From the sequence record SRR31156797_7961: a DNA stretch of 48,695 bases, one strand, 5' to 3'. The position numbers and the translations under genes were made by a program. Positions 1 to 8,822 of this stretch are shown in pieces. Under the pieces are notes generated by a model that had not been told where the DNA came from, did no database searches, and was given only the letters and a program-made list of their open reading frames with translations. The first letter of the stretch is position 1. Each line of letters begins with the position of its first letter.

Positions 1-237
<237 letters not shown>

Positions 238-269
238 CTAGCTCCTACTTTAATTTTTTATTTTTTACC

Positions 270-302
270 GATTCTTCGTTCAGCTTACGCTTCATCAGAA
301 TC
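270..302. repeat. Degenerate/half palindromic repeat in groES-groEL spacer
   Basis: GATTCT...AGAATC inverted ends; GATTCTTCG is shared with the element at 759-840. Confidence 0.4.
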
Positions 303-347
303 TATTTTATTAAATCTTATGTCAGCTTTAATCTGCCGACTCAATTC

Positions 348-416
348 TGTCATTGCGAGGAGTGAAGTGACGAAGCAATCTTAGCCTAAGACTGCCACGC
401 TTCGCTCGCAGTGACA
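348..416. repeat. TGTCA-tagged REP-like palindromic element
   Basis: TGTCATTGCGAG ... CTCGCAGTGACA terminal inverted repeat (1 mismatch) with internal GAAGCAATCT; related to 2901-2991. Confidence 0.8.
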
Positions 417-427
417 TATTTTGTTTA

Positions 428-721
428 TTACGCCTCAATTATGCAGAGAACATCGTCCTCACGCATGATAAGGAACTCTTCATCCTCGAATTTTACTTCT
501 GTACCTGCGTACTTAGCGAAAAGAACTTTATCGCCAACTTTTACAGTAGGCTCTACTCTTGTACCGTTATCGAATACTTTCCCCTCGCCAACAGCGATGA
601 TCTCGCCCTCAAATGGTTTCTCTTTAGCACTGTCAGGAATGATGATACCTGATGCTGTCTTCTCTTCTGATGCGAAACGCTTAACAATGATTCTGTCCTG
701 TAAAGGTTTAATAGATGCCAT
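428..721 (-). CDS. groES: Co-chaperonin GroES
   Basis: [15 protein letters not shown]...[15 protein letters not shown]...[19 protein letters not shown] at 721 has a GGAGG SD, so it is preferred over the ORF-track start at 763, which lies in a repeat. Confidence 0.97.
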   Translation of the reverse strand: MASIKPLQDRIIVKRFASEEKTASGIIIPDSAKEKPFEGEIIAVGEGKVFDNGTRVEPTVKVGDKVLFAKYAGTEVKFEDEEFLIMREDDVLCIIEA

Positions 722-758
722 TGTTGTCCTCCTAGAATTTATTATTTTATATTTAATT

Positions 759-840
759 GTCATCCTGAGCTTTTTAGCGAAGGATCTTAACCCTTGGTCA
801 CGCTTTGCAGTATCAGATTCTTCGCTGCGTTCAGAATGAC
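759..840. repeat. GTCA-tagged REP-like palindromic element in groES leader
   Basis: GTCATCCTGAGC...GCGAAGGATCT ... AGATTCTTCGC...TTCAGAATGAC nested inverted repeats. Confidence 0.8.
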
Positions 841-861
841 TTAAAAAAGGTTTTTACTTTT

Positions 862-888
862 TTAGCACTCAAAGGCAACGAGTGCTAA
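862..888. promoter_or_regulatory. CIRCE element (HrcA operator) for groESL
   Basis: Exact consensus TTAGCACTC-N9(aaaggcaac)-GAGTGCTAA upstream of groES. Confidence 0.97.
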
Positions 889-1069
889 CAGTGTTAATAT
901 ATATATAGTACGCTTAAAAAAATCAAGATTTTTTTTGTCTTCTAGTGGGATATACATGGTGAACTATACTTATTCTCACTAGTTTATATAAATATATGAT
1001 AAACGCCGCTGGACTAGAGAGCGGATAATATGATAAAAATGTTAGAATGATTATGGAGTTTGAACACTT

Positions 1070-1585
1070 ATGGAAGAGAGCGGAGTAAAGAGACTTTGGG
1101 CGCCATGGCGCATGTCATACATAACAGACACAACAAAAGATATCGATTGCGTATTCTGTCATAACCCTAAACAGGACAAATCAGAAGATAAAGAACACCT
1201 CATATTATACAGGGGTAAGCATAACTTTATCATCATGAATCTCTACCCTTACAACAACGGACATCTTATGGTTGTCCCTTATAAACACACTGGCGACCTT
1301 TGTGAACTCAACGACGACGAACTCCTTGAGATGATGCAGCTCGCTCAGATGTCTATCAGAATATTCAAAAAGCTATTCAACCCGGAAGGGTTCAACACAG
1401 GCTTTAACATCGGCAAGGCTGCCGGTGCAGGGATAAGACAACACGTGCACTTTCACGTTCTCCCCAGATGGACAGGCGATACGAACTTTATGCCGGTTTT
1501 AGGGGAGACAAGAGTGATGTCAGAGCATATATTCGATACATATGATAAACTAAGACCACTATTCGATGCGGAGGCAGGGGAATGA
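1070..1585 (+). CDS. HIT family hydrolase (Ap4A phosphorylase/hydrolase-like)
   Basis: LWAPWRMSYI N-terminus, CVFC, NLYPYNNGHLMVVPY, histidine triad HVHFHVLPRW. Confidence 0.93.
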   Translation: MEESGVKRLWAPWRMSYITDTTKDIDCVFCHNPKQDKSEDKEHLILYRGKHNFIIMNLYPYNNGHLMVVPYKHTGDLCELNDDELLEMMQLAQMSIRIFKKLFNPEGFNTGFNIGKAAGAGIRQHVHFHVLPRWTGDTNFMPVLGETRVMSEHIFDTYDKLRPLFDAEAGE

Positions 1586-1905
1586 GATTCATCAGCGGAC
1601 TAATTAAAATTGCGGCTACAATTGTGATAGTCGTACTTGCGATATTAAATACTGCTCCTATGCAGGTGAGCTACTTCTTTAACAAACCACCTCTTGAGCT
1701 TCCGGCATTCATTGTTATACTTTCTGCGCTTCTTTTTGGTGTTCTGCTCACAGGGCTTCTTTATTCCATTGACAGATTCAGGTTAAAGAGACAGATGAGC
1801 GCTATGAAAAAACAGATCAAAAAGCAGGATGACGAACTTATCCGCCTGAGAAATATCCCTTTTGAGGAGCCATCAAAAGATATCGCTAAAAAGGAAGAGC
1901 TTTGA
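1582..1905 (+). CDS. lapA: LapA-family (lipopolysaccharide assembly A-like) membrane protein
   Basis: Two TM helices around N..P..V.Y, followed by a basic coiled coil; sits directly before a lapB-like gene. Confidence 0.75.
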   Translation: MRFISGLIKIAATIVIVVLAILNTAPMQVSYFFNKPPLELPAFIVILSALLFGVLLTGLLYSIDRFRLKRQMSAMKKQIKKQDDELIRLRNIPFEEPSKDIAKKEEL

Positions 1906-2891
1906 AATACAGCATAGATTTTATCAAAGGACTTTCTGCACTCATTGAGGGGAATTACGACAAAGCCTCTCAGCACCTTAAAACTGCCGCTCTTGAAAGG
2001 AGTGACAGCATAGAGGCGTACTTTGCGGCTGGTCTTGTCTTTCGTAAAAATAAGCAATACGACCGTGCTACTTATGTTCTCGAGAGTATCCTACGCAGTG
2101 CTGATATCGATGCATCTACTAAGCGGGCTCTGACTGTTGAGCTTGGGCGAGTTATGTTTGAGGCTGGAAACTATACAATAGCCCACTCGCTCCTTGAAAT
2201 GACAACCGACCTCGAAGGAACAATCCTACGTGCCCGTACTCTGCGTAAATTAAAAAAGTTCGAAGAAGCTGCGAATACCTATAAGATGATCGCCAAGAAT
2301 GAAAAGATAAACCTCGATAACGCAACCGGCTACTGCTACTATCGGCTTGCGATTGAAGCGACTGGCTCAAGGCAAAATAAATTCATCAAATCGGCTCTGA
2401 AATATATCCCAAATTCAAGATGCGTAAGCATGATGCAGATAGATAATATGATCAGCATAGGCAAAAATGCTAAAGCTATGCTTGAAATAGAGAAATTCCT
2501 CTCAGCAGACCTTCCGGCATCTGATGATGATATGACTAAATTTCAGGCTGTGTTCTTCGACATGGGGCGAACAGAGGAGCTTATGCGTTTTGTTATCAAG
2601 CGCATTCAGGCAAAAACGACTAACCCTTTCTTCTACACATACGCTATCTCACGTTTCATACATAGCAACACTCCGGAAAAAGCTCAGGAAATAGTGGATA
2701 TGTATCTAGGCTTAAACGGCTTCAGCAATAATATTGCAAGAGCATCTATCACTATTGAGCCGAACGTTATGCTTGAAAAATACCTTGAAAATGCGGATTT
2801 CTATAAATGCTCCAAGTGTGCGACACCTGCAAAAGAGTATAGCGACGTCTGTCCACAGTGTCAGAGCTTCGAGACGTTAAAACCGATATAA
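1902..2891 (+). CDS. LapB/YciM-like TPR protein with C-terminal rubredoxin-like Cys motif
   Basis: FIKGLSALIEGNYDKA start, TPR-like helices, C-terminal YKCSKC...CPQCQSFETLKP; TTG start overlapping lapA stop. Confidence 0.75.
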   Translation: MKYSIDFIKGLSALIEGNYDKASQHLKTAALERSDSIEAYFAAGLVFRKNKQYDRATYVLESILRSADIDASTKRALTVELGRVMFEAGNYTIAHSLLEMTTDLEGTILRARTLRKLKKFEEAANTYKMIAKNEKINLDNATGYCYYRLAIEATGSRQNKFIKSALKYIPNSRCVSMMQIDNMISIGKNAKAMLEIEKFLSADLPASDDDMTKFQAVFFDMGRTEELMRFVIKRIQAKTTNPFFYTYAISRFIHSNTPEKAQEIVDMYLGLNGFSNNIARASITIEPNVMLEKYLENADFYKCSKCATPAKEYSDVCPQCQSFETLKPI

Positions 2892-2900
2892 TGAATACAA

Positions 2901-2991
2901 TGTCATTACGAACGAAGTGAAGCAATCTTCCGACTTCTTTCGTTTAGCTAAATTAGAAGATTACTTCGTCACAATGTTCCTCGTAATGACA
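2901..2991. repeat. TGTCA-tagged REP-like palindromic element
   Basis: Perfect 11-bp terminal IR TGTCATTACGA...TCGTAATGACA, inner GAAGCAATCTTC / GAAGATTACTTC. Confidence 0.8.
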
Positions 2992-3004
2992 CATAAGGGA
3001 TACC

Positions 3005-5569
3005 ATGAGCAAACCTGAAAAAATCACTCCTATGATGCGGCAATTTTATGAGGTGAAAGAGAAATACCCTGACACCATCGTGTTTTTCCGTATGGGTGAC
3101 TTTTACGAAATGTTTGGCGATGACGCTGTAGAATCAGCGAAAATACTCGGCATTGCGCTCACCAGCAGAGATAAAAAGAAAGACGACGGCATGCCTATGT
3201 GCGGTATCCCCCACCACAGCTATCAGAATTACCTCGTTAAAATGCTCAAAGCAGGGAAAAACGTAGCAATCTGCGATCAATTAGAAGACCCATCACAGGC
3301 GAAAGGGATCGTTAAGCGTGGAGTAACAAAAGTACATACCCCCGGCACAGTTATAGATGATGCCGCTCTCCCCGCCACCGACAACAACTATCTGGCTACA
3401 GTGTATAAATCTGACAACACTTACATAGCATTCACAGACCTTTCCACTGGCGAGGTCTATCTTGAAAAATGTTCCAGTGACGAAATAACCGACATCATAG
3501 GCAGGTATGCTCCGAAAGAGGTTATCACAAGCTATCATTCGGAAATTGCGAATGCGTTTGAGTTCGGCGGAAACTTCTCTGAAACACTAGCCTCCCGTGA
3601 GGTTATGGAGCACTACTCAGTCGGTGCTATGAAGTCTATCGGGCTGGACGAAATGTCCTACGCTTCCCCTATATACATGGCTCTGAAATACATGCAGAGG
3701 GTTATGCTCGATGTAAAACTCCTAAAACCAAAACTTGTCACGGATGACGACCGTGTATATATCGACTCGGTTGCGGCATCAACATTAGAGCTCACAAAGA
3801 ACTCCCGTGACGGCTCAGAAAAAGACACACTTTACTCTGTGCTAAACCACACAAGCACCACAATGGGCGCACGCACACTTAAAAAGTGGCTCACAAGCCC
3901 ACTCAGAAACGTCAACTCCATCCTGCGCAGGCAGGAGATAATCGAATATTTCATAAATAACCAGACAACTGCTGAGGCTCTCTCTGACCAGCTCGCAAAC
4001 GTTTACGACATAGAGAGAATCACGACAAGGCTATCTGCTAACCGCTGTAACGGGCGTGACCTCGTCTGGCTGAAAAGCTCCACAGAAACCTTCCCGACAA
4101 TTAAATACATGCTCTCGTCCTGCGAAAATCCGCACATTGAAGAACTTACAGAAGTTTTTGACGACCTGAAAGACGTCACTGACCTCATAGAAAACGCTAT
4201 AGAAGATGAACCTCCTGTGACCATAACCGAGGGCGGGCTGATCAAAATCGGCTATAACGATGAGGTTGACGAGCTTAAAAATATCAAAGAGAACTCACGC
4301 CAGATACTCCTTAAAATCGAGGCGGAGCAGAAAACTAAAACCGGCATCAGCAACCTTAAAGTTAAATTTAACAAGGTTTTCGGCTACTACATAGAGATAT
4401 CTAAAGGGCAGCTAGACCGTGTGCCGGAAGATTATATCCGCAAACAGACACTTGTTAATGCGGAACGCTTCATCATCCCTGAGCTAAAAGAACTAGAGGA
4501 GAAAATCCTCCACGCCGACTCGAGACTTGTTAATCTTGAGCATGAAATTTTCAGCGAAATCCGCCAAAAGGTGGCTGAGAGCGCAAGCAGATTAAGAGAG
4601 TCAGCGGCGATGGTTTCTGAGCTTGACTGCCTACTCTCACTTTCAAAGGCGGCAATTGATAACGACTACCGAAAACCGCTTGTGGGTGCATTTGACGACA
4701 TTAAGATAACTGACGGCAGGCATCCCGTTGTGGAGAAAAATATCTCTACTGCTTATGTGCCTAACGACATCGAAATGGACATAGATAAGAGCAGACTAAC
4801 CATCATCACCGGCCCGAACATGGCTGGTAAGTCGACTTACTTACGCATGTGCGCACTTATAACACTCATGGCGCATATCGGCTCATTTGTCCCTGCATCA
4901 GAGGCGGAGATAGGCATTGTCGACCGCATTTTCACCAGAGTGGGTGCAAGTGACAACCTCGCAGGGGGCGAATCAACATTCATGGTAGAGATGGTGGAAG
5001 CGGCGAATATCCTTAACAATGCTACAGATAAATCTTTAATCATTTTAGATGAGCTTGGGCGTGGAACATCGACATTTGACGGTGTATCCATCGCATGGTC
5101 CGTTGCTGAATATATCGCAGACCATATAAATGCAAAAACACTCTTTGCCACTCACTATCACGAACTCACCGATATCAGCCTCTCCACCGAAGGGGTGAAG
5201 AACTGCGCCACAGAGGTTGCCGAGCATGATGGCGAGCTTATATTCATGCGTAAAGTACGCACAGGCACAGCAGACAAAAGCTACGGTATCCATGTTGCCG
5301 AGTTAGCCGGCTTACCAAAGGAAGTTATCTCCCGTGCAAACGACATACTGCGCAACCTTGAAAAGAATGAACTATCCCCTCAGGGAATTGCAAATACACC
5401 AAAAAAAGAGATGCGTCAGGCTAAGCATGAAGCGAGCGTAGTTCAGACTATGCTGGTTTTTGATGACCACCCTGTGGTTGACGAGCTCAAGACTATGGAT
5501 CTTGATGCTGTCACACCTCTTCAGGCGTTAAACATCCTCTCTGAACTTAAAGAGAAGGCGAAAAAATAA
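3005..5569 (+). CDS. mutS: DNA mismatch repair protein MutS
   Basis: TPMMRQF, FFRMGDFYEMF, Walker A ITGPNMAGKSTY, STFMVEM, DELGRGTST, ATHYHEL, SYGIHVA. Confidence 0.98.
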   Translation: MSKPEKITPMMRQFYEVKEKYPDTIVFFRMGDFYEMFGDDAVESAKILGIALTSRDKKKDDGMPMCGIPHHSYQNYLVKMLKAGKNVAICDQLEDPSQAKGIVKRGVTKVHTPGTVIDDAALPATDNNYLATVYKSDNTYIAFTDLSTGEVYLEKCSSDEITDIIGRYAPKEVITSYHSEIANAFEFGGNFSETLASREVMEHYSVGAMKSIGLDEMSYASPIYMALKYMQRVMLDVKLLKPKLVTDDDRVYIDSVAASTLELTKNSRDGSEKDTLYSVLNHTSTTMGARTLKKWLTSPLRNVNSILRRQEIIEYFINNQTTAEALSDQLANVYDIERITTRLSANRCNGRDLVWLKSSTETFPTIKYMLSSCENPHIEELTEVFDDLKDVTDLIENAIEDEPPVTITEGGLIKIGYNDEVDELKNIKENSRQILLKIEAEQKTKTGISNLKVKFNKVFGYYIEISKGQLDRVPEDYIRKQTLVNAERFIIPELKELEEKILHADSRLVNLEHEIFSEIRQKVAESASRLRESAAMVSELDCLLSLSKAAIDNDYRKPLVGAFDDIKITDGRHPVVEKNISTAYVPNDIEMDIDKSRLTIITGPNMAGKSTYLRMCALITLMAHIGSFVPASEAEIGIVDRIFTRVGASDNLAGGESTFMVEMVEAANILNNATDKSLIILDELGRGTSTFDGVSIAWSVAEYIADHINAKTLFATHYHELTDISLSTEGVKNCATEVAEHDGELIFMRKVRTGTADKSYGIHVAELAGLPKEVISRANDILRNLEKNELSPQGIANTPKKEMRQAKHEASVVQTMLVFDDHPVVDELKTMDLDAVTPLQALNILSELKEKAKK

Positions 5570-6132
5570 TGGCGTTTGCAAACTATTTATTCAATAACCC
5601 TATATTCGCAAGTTGCTTCATATTTTACATCATTCCTTTCTGGGTTCCGATCATCGGCTTTATGTACGGATTTGACCCTGTTTTGATGGGTTTGATGCTT
5701 CTGATGACAGCTATGTCAAAAGCTTATGTTGATTCTGAAATTACATTTAAAAGCCACATAAAGACCATGCTCAGATATATGCTGACAATTCCGGCTTATG
5801 CAATTCTGAAGTTTTTAACTGTAGCTATGATAACCGTAATACTCCTAATTTACGGCATTAACGGTAACCCGGTGGACAGGTGGATAGCTGCTATATCAAT
5901 AGTATTCATATTTAAAGTTTTCTATATGAGACAAGCGGTCTCAGGTCATTGGCATATAAAAGGGCTTAGGGTTAATAAAATGATCACCATCTCCTGCAAT
6001 GTCCTGACTACTTTCTTATGGTTATCCTTTTTCATTTTAGACGTGTCCAGCATTGAGAAAATAGCTATCGCACTCTCTGCTATGGTTGTTTCTGCTTTCA
6101 CATTTCTTAAGTCTAACGAGGGTCTGATTTGA
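5569..6132 (+). CDS. Hypothetical multi-pass membrane protein
   Basis: About 6 hydrophobic segments; TAATG coupling to mutS and TTGA overlap with next gene. Confidence 0.7.
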   Translation: MAFANYLFNNPIFASCFIFYIIPFWVPIIGFMYGFDPVLMGLMLLMTAMSKAYVDSEITFKSHIKTMLRYMLTIPAYAILKFLTVAMITVILLIYGINGNPVDRWIAAISIVFIFKVFYMRQAVSGHWHIKGLRVNKMITISCNVLTTFLWLSFFILDVSSIEKIAIALSAMVVSAFTFLKSNEGLI

Positions 6133-6896
6133 GCCTTAAATTCAGCTGTGTATCATCCGGAAGCTCCGGCAACTGCTACTTTATTGAAAATAGTGAAAAT
6201 GTTATCTTTGTCGATGTCGGCATACCACTTAAAGGGATAAAAGCACACGTCGATCTCGACAGCTTTGAAGGGAAACAGGTTCATCTATTCATAACCCACG
6301 AGCACCACGACCACATAGCCGGACTAAAACCTTTCATAAATAAGCTCGACCCGAAAGTTTACGCAAGTGAAGGGACTGCCAACGCAATAGCTGCAAAAGG
6401 TATTGATGTATCACACTTTTTAATACTTAACGGCAGTATCGAATACGAGCTTGACGGTTTCACCGCTATCCCTTTTGCTATAAGCCATGACAGTGCAGAG
6501 CCTTTCGGTTACAGGTTCAGCTTCGGCGAAAAGATAGTCACTTTCGCTACCGACCTAGGCACTACAACCAAAGATACGGAGTATTTTCTATGCTGCTCTG
6601 ATCTCCTTGTGCTCGAGTCGAATTACGAACCGGAGATGCTTGAAAAAGGACCTTACCCTAAGTATTTACAGGCAAGGATTTCATCCCACAAAGGGCACCT
6701 CTCTAACCCTGATGCGCTAAAAGTTATCGGTTCAATATGTGACACTGGGGTTCGTAAAATATTCCTTGCACACGTAAGTGACGAGAACAACTGCTACGAC
6801 CTGCTCGCTAAATACGCTGATTTCTGTACTAAAAACTATAAGGTTCCAACCGAGGTTCTCCATCGTGCAACACCCGTTTTAGGAATCGAAATCTAA
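6129..6896 (+). CDS. Metallo-beta-lactamase fold hydrolase (YycJ/WalJ-like)
   Basis: SGSSGNC, THEHHDH motif, SHD, TDLG, LESNY, GHLSN, LAHVS. Confidence 0.9.
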   Translation: MSLKFSCVSSGSSGNCYFIENSENVIFVDVGIPLKGIKAHVDLDSFEGKQVHLFITHEHHDHIAGLKPFINKLDPKVYASEGTANAIAAKGIDVSHFLILNGSIEYELDGFTAIPFAISHDSAEPFGYRFSFGEKIVTFATDLGTTTKDTEYFLCCSDLLVLESNYEPEMLEKGPYPKYLQARISSHKGHLSNPDALKVIGSICDTGVRKIFLAHVSDENNCYDLLAKYADFCTKNYKVPTEVLHRATPVLGIEI

Positions 6897-6961
6897 TTAC
6901 ACCGATTTAGTCTTGTTTAATTTCGTTCACCTCTTAAATTAATCTTTATAGGGGTGCTATC

Positions 6962-7432
6962 ATGCGTAAATTTATACTTATAATATTAGTGCTGGTTATG
7001 GCTATTCCGGCTTTTGCTAGACCTGCCTCGCTCAAAGGTGTCGATGTAGCGAAATTCGTAGTAGACCTTAATCAGGGAAATGCGAAAAAGCTTAAGCTCA
7101 GGCTCTCTTTAATCCTTGAAACTATGGATAATATTGAGGAACACGGTGTAAAGACTGATGTTGTCGTTGCTGTTCGGGGCGGTGCATCAAAATTCATGCT
7201 CTTAACTGATGCGATGGTAAATTATGAGGATTCCAGAATAAAGGCTGAGATTTTCAACTTAACCAGTGAGCTGGCGAAGCGTGGTGTAAAGCTTGAACAG
7301 TGCGGTGTAGCCCTTCGGATATTAAAGATCGACCCGAATGAGGTTCATCCTAAATTTGAGGTAGTCAAAAATGGCTATGTTTCGCTAATAGGCTATCAGA
7401 ACAGAGGCTATGCAATGCTCCCTATGGAGTAA
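6962..7432 (+). CDS. Secreted DsrE-family protein
   Basis: Signal peptide (AFA), VVVAVRGGA, GVKLEQCGVAL, VKNGYVSLIGYQNRGYA. Confidence 0.75.
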   Translation: MRKFILIILVLVMAIPAFARPASLKGVDVAKFVVDLNQGNAKKLKLRLSLILETMDNIEEHGVKTDVVVAVRGGASKFMLLTDAMVNYEDSRIKAEIFNLTSELAKRGVKLEQCGVALRILKIDPNEVHPKFEVVKNGYVSLIGYQNRGYAMLPME

Positions 7433-7454
7433 ATTTTAAATTAATCACTGTTTG

Positions 7455-8810
7455 CTATTTCTTCTGTTTAGATTTCCATTTGCTAACCCAGCCGGCTAGG
7501 TTTTTCTGGTTTGCACGGGTGATGCCGAGTGCATCTTCCGGAACATCTTTTGTGATGGTCGAGCCGGCGGCTATGAGTGCGCCCTTGCCAACTGTGACAG
7601 GAGCCACAAGCTGAACGTCACTCCCCACAAAAACGCCGTTTCCTATGATTGTCTTATATTTATTGATACCGTCGTAATTACATGTGATTGTTCCACAGCC
7701 GATGTTTACGTCATCGCCTATCTCTGCGTCACCGAGGTATGTCAGGTGGCTGGATTTTGATCCGATACCAAGTGTAGCCTTTTTAGTCTCTACGAAGTTC
7801 CCTATCTTATTCTCACCCTTCAGCACTGAACCAGGGCGAAGCTGTGCCATAGGCCCGACAGCTGATTTTGCACCTACAAAGCTGTCAGTGATAAGACAAT
7901 TATCTTTTATCTCACACTCTTCGCTAATCTCGCTATTCTTAATTCTACAGCCGGAATAAACCACAGCACCCTTGCGAATAACTGTACCAGCTTGCAGAAA
8001 AACATTCGGATAGACTATCGCATCCGCTTCGATAACAACATCGCCGTCGCAGTAAAGCGTAGCAGGGTCGAGAACAGAAACGCCGTTCATCATATGCTCT
8101 TCCGCACGCTCCGCCCAAAGCTTTTTAGAAGCCTGAGCGAGGTGTGAGCGGTTATTGACACCGATAAACTCGTCCTCATTTTTCGCAAGATAAGCTGATG
8201 CTCCGTCCGCAACGATATCAGTGAGGTAATACTCTCCCTGTGCGTTGTTGTCGTCTATATTCTTAAGCCTTTCAAGCAGAACTTTGCTGTCGCAAAGGTA
8301 GATGCCTGTATTAACTTCATTAATTTTCTTCTCAGAATCTGATGCGTCCTTCTCTTCGACAATCTTGAGAACTGTATCATCAAGCCCGCGAACAATACGC
8401 CCGTAACCTTTTGGGTTTCTTACTTTAACACTAATAAAAGATACGTCTTTATCGCCGCACTCTTCAATAAATGCTGTAAGTGTCTCAGGCTTGATCAGAG
8501 GCATATCACCGCAGAGGATAAGAACTTTTCCGTCAAATTTTTCTATGTCTGATGACGCCGCCATTACAGCATCGCCTGTCCCACGCTGGGTGGACTGAAG
8601 GCTGTAAGATACATCTTCACCAAGATGTTCACGCACAAGCTCTGCGCCGTTACCTATCACAACATTTATATCTCTGCAGTCAGCAGCTTTCGCCGCATCC
8701 ACAACATAGTCAACCATAGGTCTGCCAGCAGATTCGAAAAGAACCTTCGGAAGCTCTGATTTCATCCTTGTACCCTTGCCAGCAGCGAGGATTAACGCCA
8801 TGATGTTCAT
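7455..8810 (-). CDS. glmU: Bifunctional UDP-GlcNAc pyrophosphorylase/glucosamine-1-phosphate acetyltransferase
   Basis: LAAGKGTRMKS, EYYLTD, GNFVETK, HLTYLGDA, ITCNYDG, hexapeptide repeats. Confidence 0.97.
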   Translation of the reverse strand: MNIMALILAAGKGTRMKSELPKVLFESAGRPMVDYVVDAAKAADCRDINVVIGNGAELVREHLGEDVSYSLQSTQRGTGDAVMAASSDIEKFDGKVLILCGDMPLIKPETLTAFIEECGDKDVSFISVKVRNPKGYGRIVRGLDDTVLKIVEEKDASDSEKKINEVNTGIYLCDSKVLLERLKNIDDNNAQGEYYLTDIVADGASAYLAKNEDEFIGVNNRSHLAQASKKLWAERAEEHMMNGVSVLDPATLYCDGDVVIEADAIVYPNVFLQAGTVIRKGAVVYSGCRIKNSEISEECEIKDNCLITDSFVGAKSAVGPMAQLRPGSVLKGENKIGNFVETKKATLGIGSKSSHLTYLGDAEIGDDVNIGCGTITCNYDGINKYKTIIGNGVFVGSDVQLVAPVTVGKGALIAAGSTITKDVPEDALGITRANQKNLAGWVSKWKSKQKK

Positions 8811-8822
8811 ATATCCCTCAAA

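Noticed and set aside
722-763. Extended groES N-terminus from the ORF track
   Set aside because: That ATG lies in the palindromic repeat; the SD supports ATG at 721
411-839. 142-aa plus-strand ORF
   Set aside because: Antisense shadow of groES running into a repeat; no independent coding signal
348-2991. Repeats as a CRISPR array or IS ends
   Set aside because: No regular repeat-spacer periodicity, no cas or transposase genes, and the copies are dispersed singly
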